In this document: one piece after another, positions 27,195 through 37,004 of the stretch
Layout: every line of letters begins with the position of its first letter
Numbering within the stretch: the stretch's first letter is position 1
Source: Candidatus Omnitrophota bacterium
Lineage (GTDB): Bacteria > Omnitrophota > Gorgyraeia > 2-02-FULL-51-18
Length of the DNA stretch: 37,369 bases
Reading direction: 5' to 3'
Assembly (NCBI GenBank): GCA_023248025.1
Contig: JAHFFI010000003.1
Location: 1-37,369 of the forward strand
Notes under the pieces: generated by a model
Told to the model about the DNA's origin: nothing
Databases searched by the model: none
The model's input: the letters and a program-made list of their open reading frames with translations, nothing else
Translations under genes and position numbers: made by a program

Positions 27195-28418
27195 TTACTG
27201 GTAGCGAAGCGCTAGGATGGGGTCGAGTTTTGAGGCTTTGATGGCCGGATAGATACCGAAGAGAACTCCTACCTGCACCGAAGAAAAAGTCGCAAGAATG
27301 ATAGCGTCCATCCCTATGATCGGCGGATTTTCCCGGAACACCAATCCCAGTAAAAATACGACTACGAACGAGCCCAAGAGACCCGCGATGCCGCCTGTGG
27401 TGCTCACAATCGTGGATTCCACCAGGAACTGAAATAAAATATCGCGCGATTTTGCGCCCACCGCTTTACGGATTCCTATCTCGCGCACGCGCTGTGCGAT
27501 ATTGGCCATCATCACGTTTAGGATGCCGATACCACCCACGATCAGAGAAATTCCCGCTATCGCGCTGAAACCGATTTTCATATTTCTCAAGGTCTTGCGT
27601 GATTGTTGATACTGTTCTTCCTGAGTTTGCACTTCTATATCTTCAGCGCCGTGGCTGGCCGCAAGGATACGAGTCGCCTCTTGCTGCACACGCGTGATGT
27701 CGCGTTGCCGGCTCACAACATAATCGATCTGGGCAACTTCCTGTTTATTATTGAATTTTTTCGACAGAACCGTATACGGAACGTATATTTTTTGATTTTC
27801 ACTTTCGAGCACGTTCTGTTTACGGCGTATTAATTTTCTTTCTTTTAGAAGCCCCACCACATCAAACACATGTCCGCCTATCTGTATCGGCTGACCGATC
27901 GGATTGACCCGAGACCCAAATAGGCTGCTTCGCGCCCCCGCCCCAATAACACAGACACTCCGGGCGGATTCGAGGTCTTCGGACGTAAGCAATCGTCCGT
28001 TTTCAAGACGTTGTTTGTCGATTGAAAAAATATCGGGCGTGGAGCCCGTGATTTCCAGATAATTCTGATTTCGTCCTTGAAAATTCACTTCTTTATAATC
28101 CGCGGCGGATGCCGCCACAAAACGAATCATCGGAATTTCTTTTTTTAACGCGTCGGCATCGTCGAGGGTAAGAGGCTTTTTTAATTCTTCACGCTTGATG
28201 CCATTCACAACGGGAATTTTGGGAGTGATGGTGGCTTTTTTCAATCCTCCAATCTCGTTGAGCTGTTTAAGCCAGCCGCGTTCGATACCCGTCATTAGGG
28301 ACATCATAGCTATCAGCGCGATAACACCCACAATAATACCGAGAACGCTCAAGAAAGAACGGAGTTTATTGGCCCAAAGCTCTTTTAGACCGACAAGTGC
28401 GCATTCTTTGAGCAGCAT
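27195..28418 (-). CDS. MacB/FtsX-family ABC permease
   Basis: NKLRSFLSVLGIIVGV, periplasmic domain, GGIGILNVM...REIGIRKAVGA, DPILALRY. Confidence 0.92.
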   Translation of the reverse strand: MLLKECALVGLKELWANKLRSFLSVLGIIVGVIALIAMMSLMTGIERGWLKQLNEIGGLKKATITPKIPVVNGIKREELKKPLTLDDADALKKEIPMIRFVAASAADYKEVNFQGRNQNYLEITGSTPDIFSIDKQRLENGRLLTSEDLESARSVCVIGAGARSSLFGSRVNPIGQPIQIGGHVFDVVGLLKERKLIRRKQNVLESENQKIYVPYTVLSKKFNNKQEVAQIDYVVSRQRDITRVQQEATRILAASHGAEDIEVQTQEEQYQQSRKTLRNMKIGFSAIAGISLIVGGIGILNVMMANIAQRVREIGIRKAVGAKSRDILFQFLVESTIVSTTGGIAGLLGSFVVVFLLGLVFRENPPIIGMDAIILATFSSVQVGVLFGIYPAIKASKLDPILALRYQ

Positions 28419-29488
28419 TAGGAAGTCGGCTCCTCGAGATAAACTTCTTCGCCTGCTTTTAGTCCGCTTTTAATTTCTACAAAGTCAGAACTGCTTGTGC
28501 CTGTCTGAACGGGACGCTTTTCGGACGACATTCCTCGCTTGGCCACAAAGCAGTAACTTTCATTTCCGTCTCGGAAGACTGCCTCCACCGGTACCGCTAG
28601 GACATTTAGACTTGTTTTAACGACGATCTCAATATTCGCATTGGCACCCAGCGTAAATTTGCCTTCATTATCGGTGATCTGGATCTGGGCACGAAATTGG
28701 TTGGCTGTGTCGGCTTTTGTCGCCGCTTCATCGATCTTGGAAATGCGGCCTTCGTCCCGTGCCTTGGGTTCGCTGTCGAGCCAGAAAGTAACGGGCATGC
28801 CGAGTTTCAAAAAGGAACGCTCGACATCGTTTACATATATTTCTATACTTTTTTCGTCAACATTGGTGATGGTCATAAGTGCCTTCGAGCTGCCATCACT
28901 GGCTTTCGCGACGATCTCACCCTCCTGAATGCTCATATCGGTGACAACCCCTGAAATGGGCGACGTGATGGTGATCTTCTGTAATTGTTCTTCTACGGCT
29001 TCGAGATCTCTTTGAGCCATTTTGTAATCGAGCTCGGCCAATTTAATCGCCGTCTCCGCTTCCTTGAATTGCGAAGCTGAAATCAGCTTCTCGTCATAAA
29101 GCGCCTGCTTGCGGCCGAAGTCTTCTTTCAGATTGTTGTAACTGATATCTGTCTTCTGAAGCTGCATTCTCTGACGGTCAAGCTGCGTCTGAATCAGCGC
29201 CTCGTCAATCTTTAGAAGCAGATCGCCCGCTTTGACAGGCGCGCCTTTTTCCACCATCACTTTCATCACTTTTCCGCCGGCTTCCGAATAAATAGAGACC
29301 TTGTTGGCCGAGATAATGGGTCCGCGAAGCTTCACCACATCCAACACATCCCGCACCTCTGCTTTGGCTTTTTTAAGCGGTCCTCTATTTTTGCCGTCCT
29401 CGTCTTTATTGCCGGAGAAGAATACGAGAAGACCCACCGGGATAAGCACCACGGCCAGAGCGATGATAATAATTTTAATTCGGTTCAT
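28418..29488 (-). CDS. MacA-like periplasmic adaptor (membrane fusion protein)
   Basis: N-terminal TM, lipoyl halves (VKAGDLL, SPISGVV), coiled coil, VEIKSGLKAGE. Confidence 0.9.
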   Translation of the reverse strand: MNRIKIIIIALAVVLIPVGLLVFFSGNKDEDGKNRGPLKKAKAEVRDVLDVVKLRGPIISANKVSIYSEAGGKVMKVMVEKGAPVKAGDLLLKIDEALIQTQLDRQRMQLQKTDISYNNLKEDFGRKQALYDEKLISASQFKEAETAIKLAELDYKMAQRDLEAVEEQLQKITITSPISGVVTDMSIQEGEIVAKASDGSSKALMTITNVDEKSIEIYVNDVERSFLKLGMPVTFWLDSEPKARDEGRISKIDEAATKADTANQFRAQIQITDNEGKFTLGANANIEIVVKTSLNVLAVPVEAVFRDGNESYCFVAKRGMSSEKRPVQTGTSSSDFVEIKSGLKAGEEVYLEEPTS

Positions 29489-30357
29489 AAACGCTCCAAG
29501 GCTTCTTTTGCTTGTTTGTAATTCGGATTGATCTTAAGCGCTTTTTCAAACGAATCCTTCGCTTTCGATTGGACGCCGAGGGCCTTCCAGGACTGGCCCA
29601 GCGAATAAAGAATATCGGGATAGGTTGGGTGGATCTGGAGAGCCTTCTCATAGTGCTCGATGGCCTCTTTGTGCATTTCACGCATGGAATAAATATCGCC
29701 GAGTGTCTTGGCCGTGAGCGGCACCATCCCTATCTTTAATTGACTGAACATACCGCCGCTGTAGTACGAAAGACCCAACTCGTAACCACCGATAGCATGC
29801 AAAGGATCAAGCTGGGTTGCTTCCTGTATCTCTTTTTCGGCTTCAATATGCTTCTTTTTTTTTCGATAACACATCGCGAGATTATTGTGCGCATTCGCAT
29901 ATCCTGAATTCAGACGGATCGCTTCTTTGAATTCCTCGACCGCTTCGTCGAATTTGCCGTCTTTAAAATACGCCGCCCCGAGGTCATTGCGGTAATCAGG
30001 ATAGGTCGGCGACATGCTGACCGCTTTTTTCATGGTCGCGGCCGCGGCCGAGAAATCGCCTTTGGCGGCAAGCGCCGTTGCGAGCATGTGATAATAATGA
30101 GGTTTTGCCGCTGTTTGGTCCAAAGCCTTTTCATAAAATTCCACGGCCTTGTCATAATCACCCGCCAAGCGGTGGAAATTGCCCATTAAAAAATAAAGTT
30201 CGTGCTGTTCCTGCTCGGAAGATTTCTTCTTCGTTAAAAATTGAAGTGTTTCTTCGAGAATACCACGAATCTTGGTGCGCATTTCAAGGCTCGAGCAGGG
30301 AGCGCATTCATGAACATCCTGAGAAAGCCCGGTTCCGCACAATTCACATTGACTCAT
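29485..30357 (-). CDS. TPR-repeat protein with N-terminal Cys4 Zn-ribbon-like motif
   Basis: CELC-x10-CAPC followed by about 6 TPRs. No signal peptide. ATG 30357 preferred. Confidence 0.85.
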   Translation of the reverse strand: MSQCELCGTGLSQDVHECAPCSSLEMRTKIRGILEETLQFLTKKKSSEQEQHELYFLMGNFHRLAGDYDKAVEFYEKALDQTAAKPHYYHMLATALAAKGDFSAAAATMKKAVSMSPTYPDYRNDLGAAYFKDGKFDEAVEEFKEAIRLNSGYANAHNNLAMCYRKKKKHIEAEKEIQEATQLDPLHAIGGYELGLSYYSGGMFSQLKIGMVPLTAKTLGDIYSMREMHKEAIEHYEKALQIHPTYPDILYSLGQSWKALGVQSKAKDSFEKALKINPNYKQAKEALERL

Positions 30358-30361
30358 GAAA

Positions 30362-31027
30362 TTACCCCACACCTAATTTTCCGTCTTTAAAATAAATTGA
30401 GCGAACCGCCCATTCAGCCACATCCGCTTCGTGCGTCACCAGCACGATGGTCGTGCCGCGCTGGTTCAATCTTTGTAAAATACTCATGATTTCAACGCTG
30501 GCCTTCGAATCAAGATTACCGGTCGGTTCATCCGCCAATAAAAGCGACGCATTGTTGGCCAGCGCACGCGCGATCGCCACGCGCTGCTGCTGTCCACCCG
30601 AAAGCTGCACCGGAAGATGTTTGGCGCGGTCGGCAAGACCCACAGAGGTCAAAAGTTCCCGCGCGCGTTCCCAGCGCTCCGCCTGAGGCATACTCGTATA
30701 CACCAGCGGAAGCTCTACATTTTCCAATGCAGACAGCCGCGGTAAAAGATTGAAATTCTGGTGCACAAAACCGATCTTTTTATTGCGCACTTCGGCCAAC
30801 GCATCCTCGTTTATCTGACTCACGTCTTGTCCATCGAGAATGTATTTTCCCGCGTAATTCTTGTCCAGACAGCCCAAAATATTCATGATCGTGGATTTTC
30901 CGGAGCCTGACGGCCCGCGCAACGCCACGAAATCGCCCTTTTCGATCTCAAGCGAGATCCCATCCACGGCTTTGAGTTTTTCCGCACCCATCGGGTAGAT
31001 TTTCGTGATGCTCTCCAAGCGGATCAT
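30362..31027 (-). CDS. ABC ATPase, LolD/MacB type
   Basis: GPSGSGKST, LSGGQQQR, ADEPTGNLD, VTH. Confidence 0.95.
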   Translation of the reverse strand: MIRLESITKIYPMGAEKLKAVDGISLEIEKGDFVALRGPSGSGKSTIMNILGCLDKNYAGKYILDGQDVSQINEDALAEVRNKKIGFVHQNFNLLPRLSALENVELPLVYTSMPQAERWERARELLTSVGLADRAKHLPVQLSGGQQQRVAIARALANNASLLLADEPTGNLDSKASVEIMSILQRLNQRGTTIVLVTHEADVAEWAVRSIYFKDGKLGVG

Positions 31028-31039
31028 TCATTTACTTTC

Positions 31040-32614
31040 TTAGGGGTTCGGATTATCGAATAAAATACCGTTCTTCTGGAGCGTGATGCCAATGGTGCTC
31101 CAAAGTCTCACGACGGAACGGTGGTAGTCGACGACAGCGCCAATGCGTGAAACTGCGGAGTTGGCCAGATCTTCCTGAAAAGACAGGACCTCAAAACTCG
31201 TGGAAAGACCCAGTGAGTATTTTTTTTCTTCAGCCTCGAGATTCTTTTTCTGCAAGCTGTACGCAACGTCCGCGACTTCTACGCGCTTGATAGCCGTTTG
31301 TATCAATCGTACGGCACTTCTCACTTCTTTTACTATCGTCAACCGCAAATCCCGCAGTTGAAGTTCCTGCTGTTTTAACGCATTCACACTCGATTCGTAA
31401 GTCGCCTTGTCGGCCCGGTTATCCCAGGGGTAACTCACGGAAAGCGATGCATCCCAAGATCCAAAATCGCCGCTTTTTAATTTATTGAAACTATTAGCCG
31501 ACTGAGCGCCGGCACCGCTCAAAGCATAATTGGCGTCCAAAGTGACGTCGGGTAAAAGCGCGTTTCCGGCAACCATGAGATTAATCTTATTGTTCTCGAG
31601 TTGTTTTACCGCTTGTTTATAATCGGGACGATTGGCGAATGCCTGCTCAAGACACCAGGTCAGATCAGGCAACTCCGCTTTGAAATCAGGACTGATTTTG
31701 TCGATGGTGTCGATGCGGCTATTCCATTGGCGGATGTCCTCGATATTGAGGATCTTTCTTAAATTATCTTCTGCCTCCAGCACCGCGTTCTCGGCCTGGA
31801 TCACATCTTCCTCACGGGATGCCGCTGTGGCCTCTGCCTGAAGCACATCGGTGTACGCCCGGTCGCCCAGCATCATCGCCCTTTGATTTCTGTCTTTGAG
31901 GGACTGCGCCTGAGTGTAAGCAAGTTTCCGCGTTTCGAGATTTTCACGCGCCTCTAAAATATCCCAGTAAGCGAGCTCGGCATTGGTGATCTCATCATGA
32001 ATGCTTTGCCGCAAATCTTCGAAGGCAATCTTGTAACTATTTTCGCTAATGCGGATGGAAGCCAATGTGACTTTCGAACCAAATCCGGACAAAATAGGCT
32101 GGGATAAAGAAAGTGTCGAAGAGGATGAATAGCTATGTTCACTGCGGCCGGAACGGCTATGTGTCAGGTCCGCGCCGATAGTGCCGCCCGTTGGAAGTTT
32201 GCGTTCCAGCCCGCCGCTGGTCGAAACAGAATCACTGAGAGAAGGACTCTCATCCAGTTCGGCTGCGGTACGGCCTCGCGCAAAACTCGTCGAAGATGTA
32301 AGATTGGTGTCAAAATCCGCCTGGTTCGATGTGACATCCCGTTTAGCGGTGTCGAGACCGAGATACGACACACGAATGTTAATATTTTTGTCTAGCACGA
32401 TGCGCAGGCAGTCTGTCATAGAAAGCTTCCATACCGGCTCTGTCGGTTCGGCTAAAAGCTGCTGGGCGTAGGAATGGGCTTCGAGTGTATCCAGCTGCTG
32501 GCGCACAAGATCGTCGCGTTTGAAATTAAGAAATTTTTCGCCCTCTTTTGCCTCAGCATTGAGAGTACACAGAGGTAAAATAAGAATAAACGCCGCTAGA
32601 AGCTTTTTAAACAT
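31040..32614 (-). CDS. TolC-family outer-membrane efflux protein
   Basis: Signal peptide and two OEP repeats (LSQPIL, AYW, NRPD, LLPDVTL, LGLST). Confidence 0.9.
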   Translation of the reverse strand: MFKKLLAAFILILPLCTLNAEAKEGEKFLNFKRDDLVRQQLDTLEAHSYAQQLLAEPTEPVWKLSMTDCLRIVLDKNINIRVSYLGLDTAKRDVTSNQADFDTNLTSSTSFARGRTAAELDESPSLSDSVSTSGGLERKLPTGGTIGADLTHSRSGRSEHSYSSSSTLSLSQPILSGFGSKVTLASIRISENSYKIAFEDLRQSIHDEITNAELAYWDILEARENLETRKLAYTQAQSLKDRNQRAMMLGDRAYTDVLQAEATAASREEDVIQAENAVLEAEDNLRKILNIEDIRQWNSRIDTIDKISPDFKAELPDLTWCLEQAFANRPDYKQAVKQLENNKINLMVAGNALLPDVTLDANYALSGAGAQSANSFNKLKSGDFGSWDASLSVSYPWDNRADKATYESSVNALKQQELQLRDLRLTIVKEVRSAVRLIQTAIKRVEVADVAYSLQKKNLEAEEKKYSLGLSTSFEVLSFQEDLANSAVSRIGAVVDYHRSVVRLWSTIGITLQKNGILFDNPNP

Positions 32615-32648
32615 AAAGCTCTTTCATGCATTAGCATTACTTAACAAT

Positions 32649-32677
32649 AACATAAACCTATTAACATATAAAGTCAA
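32649..32677 (-). promoter_or_regulatory. Putative sigma70 promoter for the tolC-ABC operon
   Basis: TTGACT-N17-TATGTT on the minus strand. Confidence 0.55.
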
Positions 32678-32682
32678 ATATG

Positions 32683-34338
32683 CTAAAGAGAAGTGCCTGG
32701 CTTGTATAAAGTTATGCGGCTGCGGCCTAAGGATTTAGACTGATAAAGCGCCTGGTCAGCGAAGCGCACGAGGTCTTCTCCACTCTGCACTTCCTTCGTA
32801 AGACTGGAGCAAATCCCCGCGCTCAAAGCCGCACGGAACGATCCCTCTTTCGCGGAAATGAAAGACTGTTCTTCAAACGCGCGCTTAATCTTCGTGACTG
32901 CTTCTTCGGCTTTTTCCAGGGGACAATTGATGAAAAGAACGGCGAATTCATCGCCGCCGTAACGCGCCGCGACATCCATACCGCGCACATTTTTTTTGAT
33001 AGTCCTCGCCAGGGAAATAAGGACTGCATTGCCTTCTTCATGACCATAGCGGTCATTAATCTGCTTGAAGTGATCAATATCAAGCATGGTGTAGCAGACT
33101 TCCTGACCGGTTTTTTTGGCATGCTCAAATTCTTTTGCCACTCTCAAAGAAAGATACCTCTGCCCGTAAAGCCCGGTCAGTCCGTCCGTTATCACCATTT
33201 TCTGCAAGCGTATATTTTCAGAAAATGAAGCTAGCCGTTGGTAAGAAGCGCATACAATGTAGGAAGAAAGGCATACGGCCATGAGCGGCAGAGGGTCCAG
33301 CAGAAGATTGAAACGACTCAAAAAAACCCACCCCGTCAGATAACTTCCGATCAATTCCAGTAAAAGGACCACCAATTGTGTTACAACAGAAACGCGGTAA
33401 AAAATGAGGCTTACCGCCATCGTTAGAACCAGAAGAAAGAGTTTCATCCTCCAACCGGAGAAAAGCGGCGCCACAAAATCTTTCTGAAGCAGCATCAGCG
33501 TTTCGTTCGCATTCACGTAAATACCTGCGATATAGCCCAGCGGCGTATTGTGGATGTCGTGAAAAATGGGGCTCACGGCGCCCACCAGAAGAATTTTATT
33601 TTCGAGCGCTTTCTTGGGAAAACCTTTCATCAACGCCTTCCAAAGCGGAATATAGGAGAAATGTTCCGGAGCGTAACGGTAGGAAAGCGTATGCGGCTCC
33701 GAGTCGGTGATACCGCGCTCTTCGAGGCATTGTCTAGTTTCTATCTGCCTAAAACGGCAGGCGGTCTCCGCGGCAAAAGAGTAAACGGGTTTGTGGCGGT
33801 CGCGAAACGTCGTGATAAACCGGCTTCTGCGATGCACAAAATCTTTATCCAGTATTTTATCGACGAAGCCACAAGCGAATGCCGACTGCTTAAATTGCTC
33901 GAGCGGCTCGATATAACCGCCTTCGGTGCCGAAGTAACTGGCGATGACAATATTTCCGGATTTTTTCAGAGCATCCGACAACCACTGGTCATCTTCCGGG
34001 TAAGCGCCTTTTCCGACAAATGTAAGATCAAGACCAACCACTTTTGGCTTGTACTCCAAGAGTGTTTCCAGGAAAATGGCGAACACTTCCCTCCGCCAGG
34101 GCCAAGCACGGTTCAATCGCCGGTAAGATTCGTCGTCCACCCCGATAACGACAATATCGTCTTTGTCACGCATTTCCACAGGCGATGTCTGCGAACGCAA
34201 AATAAAAAGCGTATCGGTCAGTCTTGAGTTTAATGAAGTCACAAAAGGAATGCTCGGAAAAACCAAAAGTCCGAATAAGACCAAGGTGAGTGAAAAGCTC
34301 GTAATGACGGTATTTTCCGAAGCCGACTTAAAATACAT
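32683..34338 (-). CDS. CHASE2-domain diguanylate cyclase
   Basis: CHASE2 (IVVIGVDDES, WPWRR, DIHNTP), 3 TMs, TDGLTGL, DIDHFK, I-site RGMD, intact GGDEF. Confidence 0.93.
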   Translation of the reverse strand: MYFKSASENTVITSFSLTLVLFGLLVFPSIPFVTSLNSRLTDTLFILRSQTSPVEMRDKDDIVVIGVDDESYRRLNRAWPWRREVFAIFLETLLEYKPKVVGLDLTFVGKGAYPEDDQWLSDALKKSGNIVIASYFGTEGGYIEPLEQFKQSAFACGFVDKILDKDFVHRRSRFITTFRDRHKPVYSFAAETACRFRQIETRQCLEERGITDSEPHTLSYRYAPEHFSYIPLWKALMKGFPKKALENKILLVGAVSPIFHDIHNTPLGYIAGIYVNANETLMLLQKDFVAPLFSGWRMKLFLLVLTMAVSLIFYRVSVVTQLVVLLLELIGSYLTGWVFLSRFNLLLDPLPLMAVCLSSYIVCASYQRLASFSENIRLQKMVITDGLTGLYGQRYLSLRVAKEFEHAKKTGQEVCYTMLDIDHFKQINDRYGHEEGNAVLISLARTIKKNVRGMDVAARYGGDEFAVLFINCPLEKAEEAVTKIKRAFEEQSFISAKEGSFRAALSAGICSSLTKEVQSGEDLVRFADQALYQSKSLGRSRITLYKPGTSL

Positions 34339-34391
34339 AGTCTCTCGCTTTAATGGTAAATCATCGTTAATTTTATTATACTAGTTGGCAT

Positions 34392-35834
34392 ATGAAATTA
34401 ATAATTGTATGTTTATGTTTAATAATTTTAGTTTGTCCTCAGAGGCAGGCCATCGCGGCTGAAAGCGGCCAAACCGATGATCGCTCCAGTGCAGCGCTGC
34501 GCGTGGACAATTCGCTCACCGCCGAAGAACAACAGAAAGAATCCGAAAAAAATTTAAAACACAAAAAAGAAGACCAGACCAAGGAGCCCTCCTTTCTTTT
34601 TGGCGGCTCCTTTACTTCGAGCTATCGCTATTATAAAAACCTAGACAATATCGAAGCAGAGGAAGATTTTTTAAAATGGAGCTGGCGGCAGGATTTGTAC
34701 TTGTGGGCTTATTACCATTATAAAGATACGGTCACGGTATACGCGCGTGTATACAATTCATACGTCGATCGCGGGGTAGGGCAAACCTACACCGGTATCG
34801 GTGCGGACTATGAGGGACCTGCTCTGAACGCCCTCTTGGTGAATATCAATTTAAACAAAATAAGCCCTATTCCCGGCGCGTTGACGCTGGGACGCCAAAG
34901 CCTGCGTGTCGGCCGCGGAGTCGTTTATTCCGACATAAATGACGGGGCACAAGCAGAACTCGTCATGGGCAACCTTCACTTTAAATTTTTTGGAGCTAAA
35001 TCCAGACCGCGTGAGGACAATATCGATTTTAGCGTGCCCGGCTTTGACAAAGAAGGAGACCGCGTTTTCTGGGGACATGAGACGGCCTACACGGGGATCC
35101 CTAAAACAACGGTTTACGGTTTTGCGCTTGTCCAAAATGACCAGTCTTCCGAAAATACCGATAGACCACAGCAGTCATTTCATTATAACTCTCATTATTT
35201 GGGCACAGGATTCACTTCAAAGTTAGGCGCTAATGAATTATGGGCCGAGGGTTCCCTGGAAAGAGGTGAAACATTTACGGATGCCTCGCAAACTACGTTA
35301 CCAAAATCCAAAATAAAAGCGTGGGATGCACTTGCGGGTGTCAAGCACCGATCCACCGGCTTTCTCAAACCCGTTTATGAAACAGAATTTGCTGCCGGCA
35401 CAGGCGATGAGGATAGACTCAGCGTAACCAACGTGCTGGGGGGCAACACCGACGCGGTGGACAAAAATTTCTTATATTTTGGTTCTTATGCAGCGGGTTA
35501 CGCGCTTCAGCCCCAGCTTTCTAATATCATGATCTGGACTCTGGGGGCATCCTGCCAGCCGCTGGAAAATGTCAAAATGTTCAAAGATTTCGCGATTGGG
35601 AGCAAGCATTATTTTTACTGGAAAGATCAGAAAAGAGGGCTTATCTCAGACCTGGAATCAAGCGGAACCGAAACTTATGTCGGTGAAGAATGGGATTTTT
35701 ATATGCACTGGAAGGTAAACGAACAACTTCGGTGGATTCTGCGCTACGGGGTTTTTATTCCGAGTGACGGGTACCCTGCGACCTCAAGAGACGATACGGA
35801 GTATTTTTTTCTTTCCACAACCTACTCTTTTTAG
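34392..35834 (+). CDS. Alginate export (AlgE)-family outer-membrane porin
   Basis: Signal peptide, LGRQ..VGRG..YSD..DG, AAGTGD, P.LSN, VGEEWD, terminal TYSF. Confidence 0.72.
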   Translation: MKLIIVCLCLIILVCPQRQAIAAESGQTDDRSSAALRVDNSLTAEEQQKESEKNLKHKKEDQTKEPSFLFGGSFTSSYRYYKNLDNIEAEEDFLKWSWRQDLYLWAYYHYKDTVTVYARVYNSYVDRGVGQTYTGIGADYEGPALNALLVNINLNKISPIPGALTLGRQSLRVGRGVVYSDINDGAQAELVMGNLHFKFFGAKSRPREDNIDFSVPGFDKEGDRVFWGHETAYTGIPKTTVYGFALVQNDQSSENTDRPQQSFHYNSHYLGTGFTSKLGANELWAEGSLERGETFTDASQTTLPKSKIKAWDALAGVKHRSTGFLKPVYETEFAAGTGDEDRLSVTNVLGGNTDAVDKNFLYFGSYAAGYALQPQLSNIMIWTLGASCQPLENVKMFKDFAIGSKHYFYWKDQKRGLISDLESSGTETYVGEEWDFYMHWKVNEQLRWILRYGVFIPSDGYPATSRDDTEYFFLSTTYSF

Positions 35835-36115
35835 TCTTCAAATAAGTCGCCGACAACCGTGGGGGTTATGGACCCGTCTTCTTTGCTCTCATAGGCCGCC
35901 ATGGCTGAATCTTTTGCTTTAATAGTTTCCTCGCGACTCTGTGCGGCCATTTGATGATAATCGCTCGGCGCCAGGTCGGAAACCCCCATGCGTCCGTTTA
36001 CGCGAATACTAATGCCTTGTGTGGATGCCTCATCATTATTGTAGTCAGCTAACGCGGGCCCCGCGAAATTAAATGCGCCTAAGAGTATCAAAATAAGAAA
36101 AGTATTCTTTCTCAT
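35831..36115 (-). CDS. Small secreted protein, paralog 3
   Basis: Sec signal peptide (ALA), YNND, APSDY, C-terminal TPTVVGDLFED shared with 36573-36893. ATGA-coupled to the upstream gene. Confidence 0.75.
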   Translation of the reverse strand: MRKNTFLILILLGAFNFAGPALADYNNDEASTQGISIRVNGRMGVSDLAPSDYHQMAAQSREETIKAKDSAMAAYESKEDGSITPTVVGDLFED

Positions 36116-36372
36116 TTTTTACCGTTGCGGAGATACATATTATGCTCTCGAAAATCCGCAGCCGAAGCGTCGGAGCCTGTGGCTTCCCCGTTAGAATACC
36201 CCGTCCGGCGTATTGCGCTATATTTCTTTATATCATTGGTCAACGATTCTTGCCTGTCATTACGGTAACCTGAGGATGATTCGTCGGCTCCGTATATGTC
36301 TGAGAATTCTTGGCCCCACGCTTGATAACTTAATCCCAGGAGGAACGCTGTCACCAATATAATATTTTTCAT
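36112..36372 (-). CDS. Small secreted protein, paralog 2
   Basis: Signal peptide 19/20 identical to 36573-36893, YRND, DASAADF, GGAG SD. Confidence 0.78.
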   Translation of the reverse strand: MKNIILVTAFLLGLSYQAWGQEFSDIYGADESSSGYRNDRQESLTNDIKKYSAIRRTGYSNGEATGSDASAADFREHNMYLRNGKK

Positions 36373-36491
36373 AATTAAACTCCCATTCTTCCGGCACCAC
36401 TCGTTACCCCGGATTCAATCATCTCACTACTATTCATAAAAGCTATTAGGAAACATCTAAACTTCGCCATGTTGCTAATCCCCTTAATCAA

Positions 36492-36545
36492 AGCATACAT
36501 GAAGATACTTGGGTTTTCAATAGACGTTAATAGACAAAATACTTT
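36492..36545 (-). promoter_or_regulatory. Duplicated promoter 1 with upstream direct repeat
   Basis: aaagtatttt-GTCTATT-aac-GTCTATT overlapping TTGAAA-N17-TATGCT. Confidence 0.7.
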
Positions 36546-36572
36546 AATATATGCGCACTCAGCTAATTCTTT

Positions 36573-36893
36573 TTAGTCTTCGAGAAAGCCGCCTATAATG
36601 GTAGGAGTATTTCCGCGGCCTACAACAACCCTGTTGGTATCTGTTCTATCGCGATTATCATTACCGCCGCGACCATAATCACTCGGTGAGGCATCATAGG
36701 CGTCATTAGCACCTGGGGCCTGAGTCCGGTAGGATACGCTCCCTTTTGTAATAGATCGCAGCAATTGCTTCGTTTCGTCATTACGGTAAGTTACATCACT
36801 TGAAGACGCTTCATATTCGTCTACAGAAAATTCGCCCCAAGCTTGGTAGCTTAATCCCAGAAGAAACGCTATCACTAGAATAATATTTTTCAT
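36573..36893 (-). CDS. Small secreted protein, paralog 1
   Basis: Signal peptide, YRND, DASPSDY, C-terminal TPTIIGGFLED. Confidence 0.78.
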   Translation of the reverse strand: MKNIILVIAFLLGLSYQAWGEFSVDEYEASSSDVTYRNDETKQLLRSITKGSVSYRTQAPGANDAYDASPSDYGRGGNDNRDRTDTNRVVVGRGNTPTIIGGFLED

Positions 36894-37004
36894 AACTCAA
36901 CAACCCCTATTTATCTGGAACTACTGGTCGTTTCATATTTAATCGTCGTACTAATATTGATTAATAATAATAAAAAGTATTAGCTCTTTACAACCTTTGA
37001 TTAA

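Noticed and set aside
27159-27197. Imperfect hairpin between convergent mauE and the permease gene
   Set aside because: It may be a bidirectional terminator, but the stem is irregular and lacks U-tracts, so it is not called.
33550-34227. 225-aa + strand ORF, and other long antisense ORFs such as 9624-10187, 4095-4514 and 5110-5553
   Set aside because: These are shadow frames opposite well-supported genes and contain no recognisable motifs.
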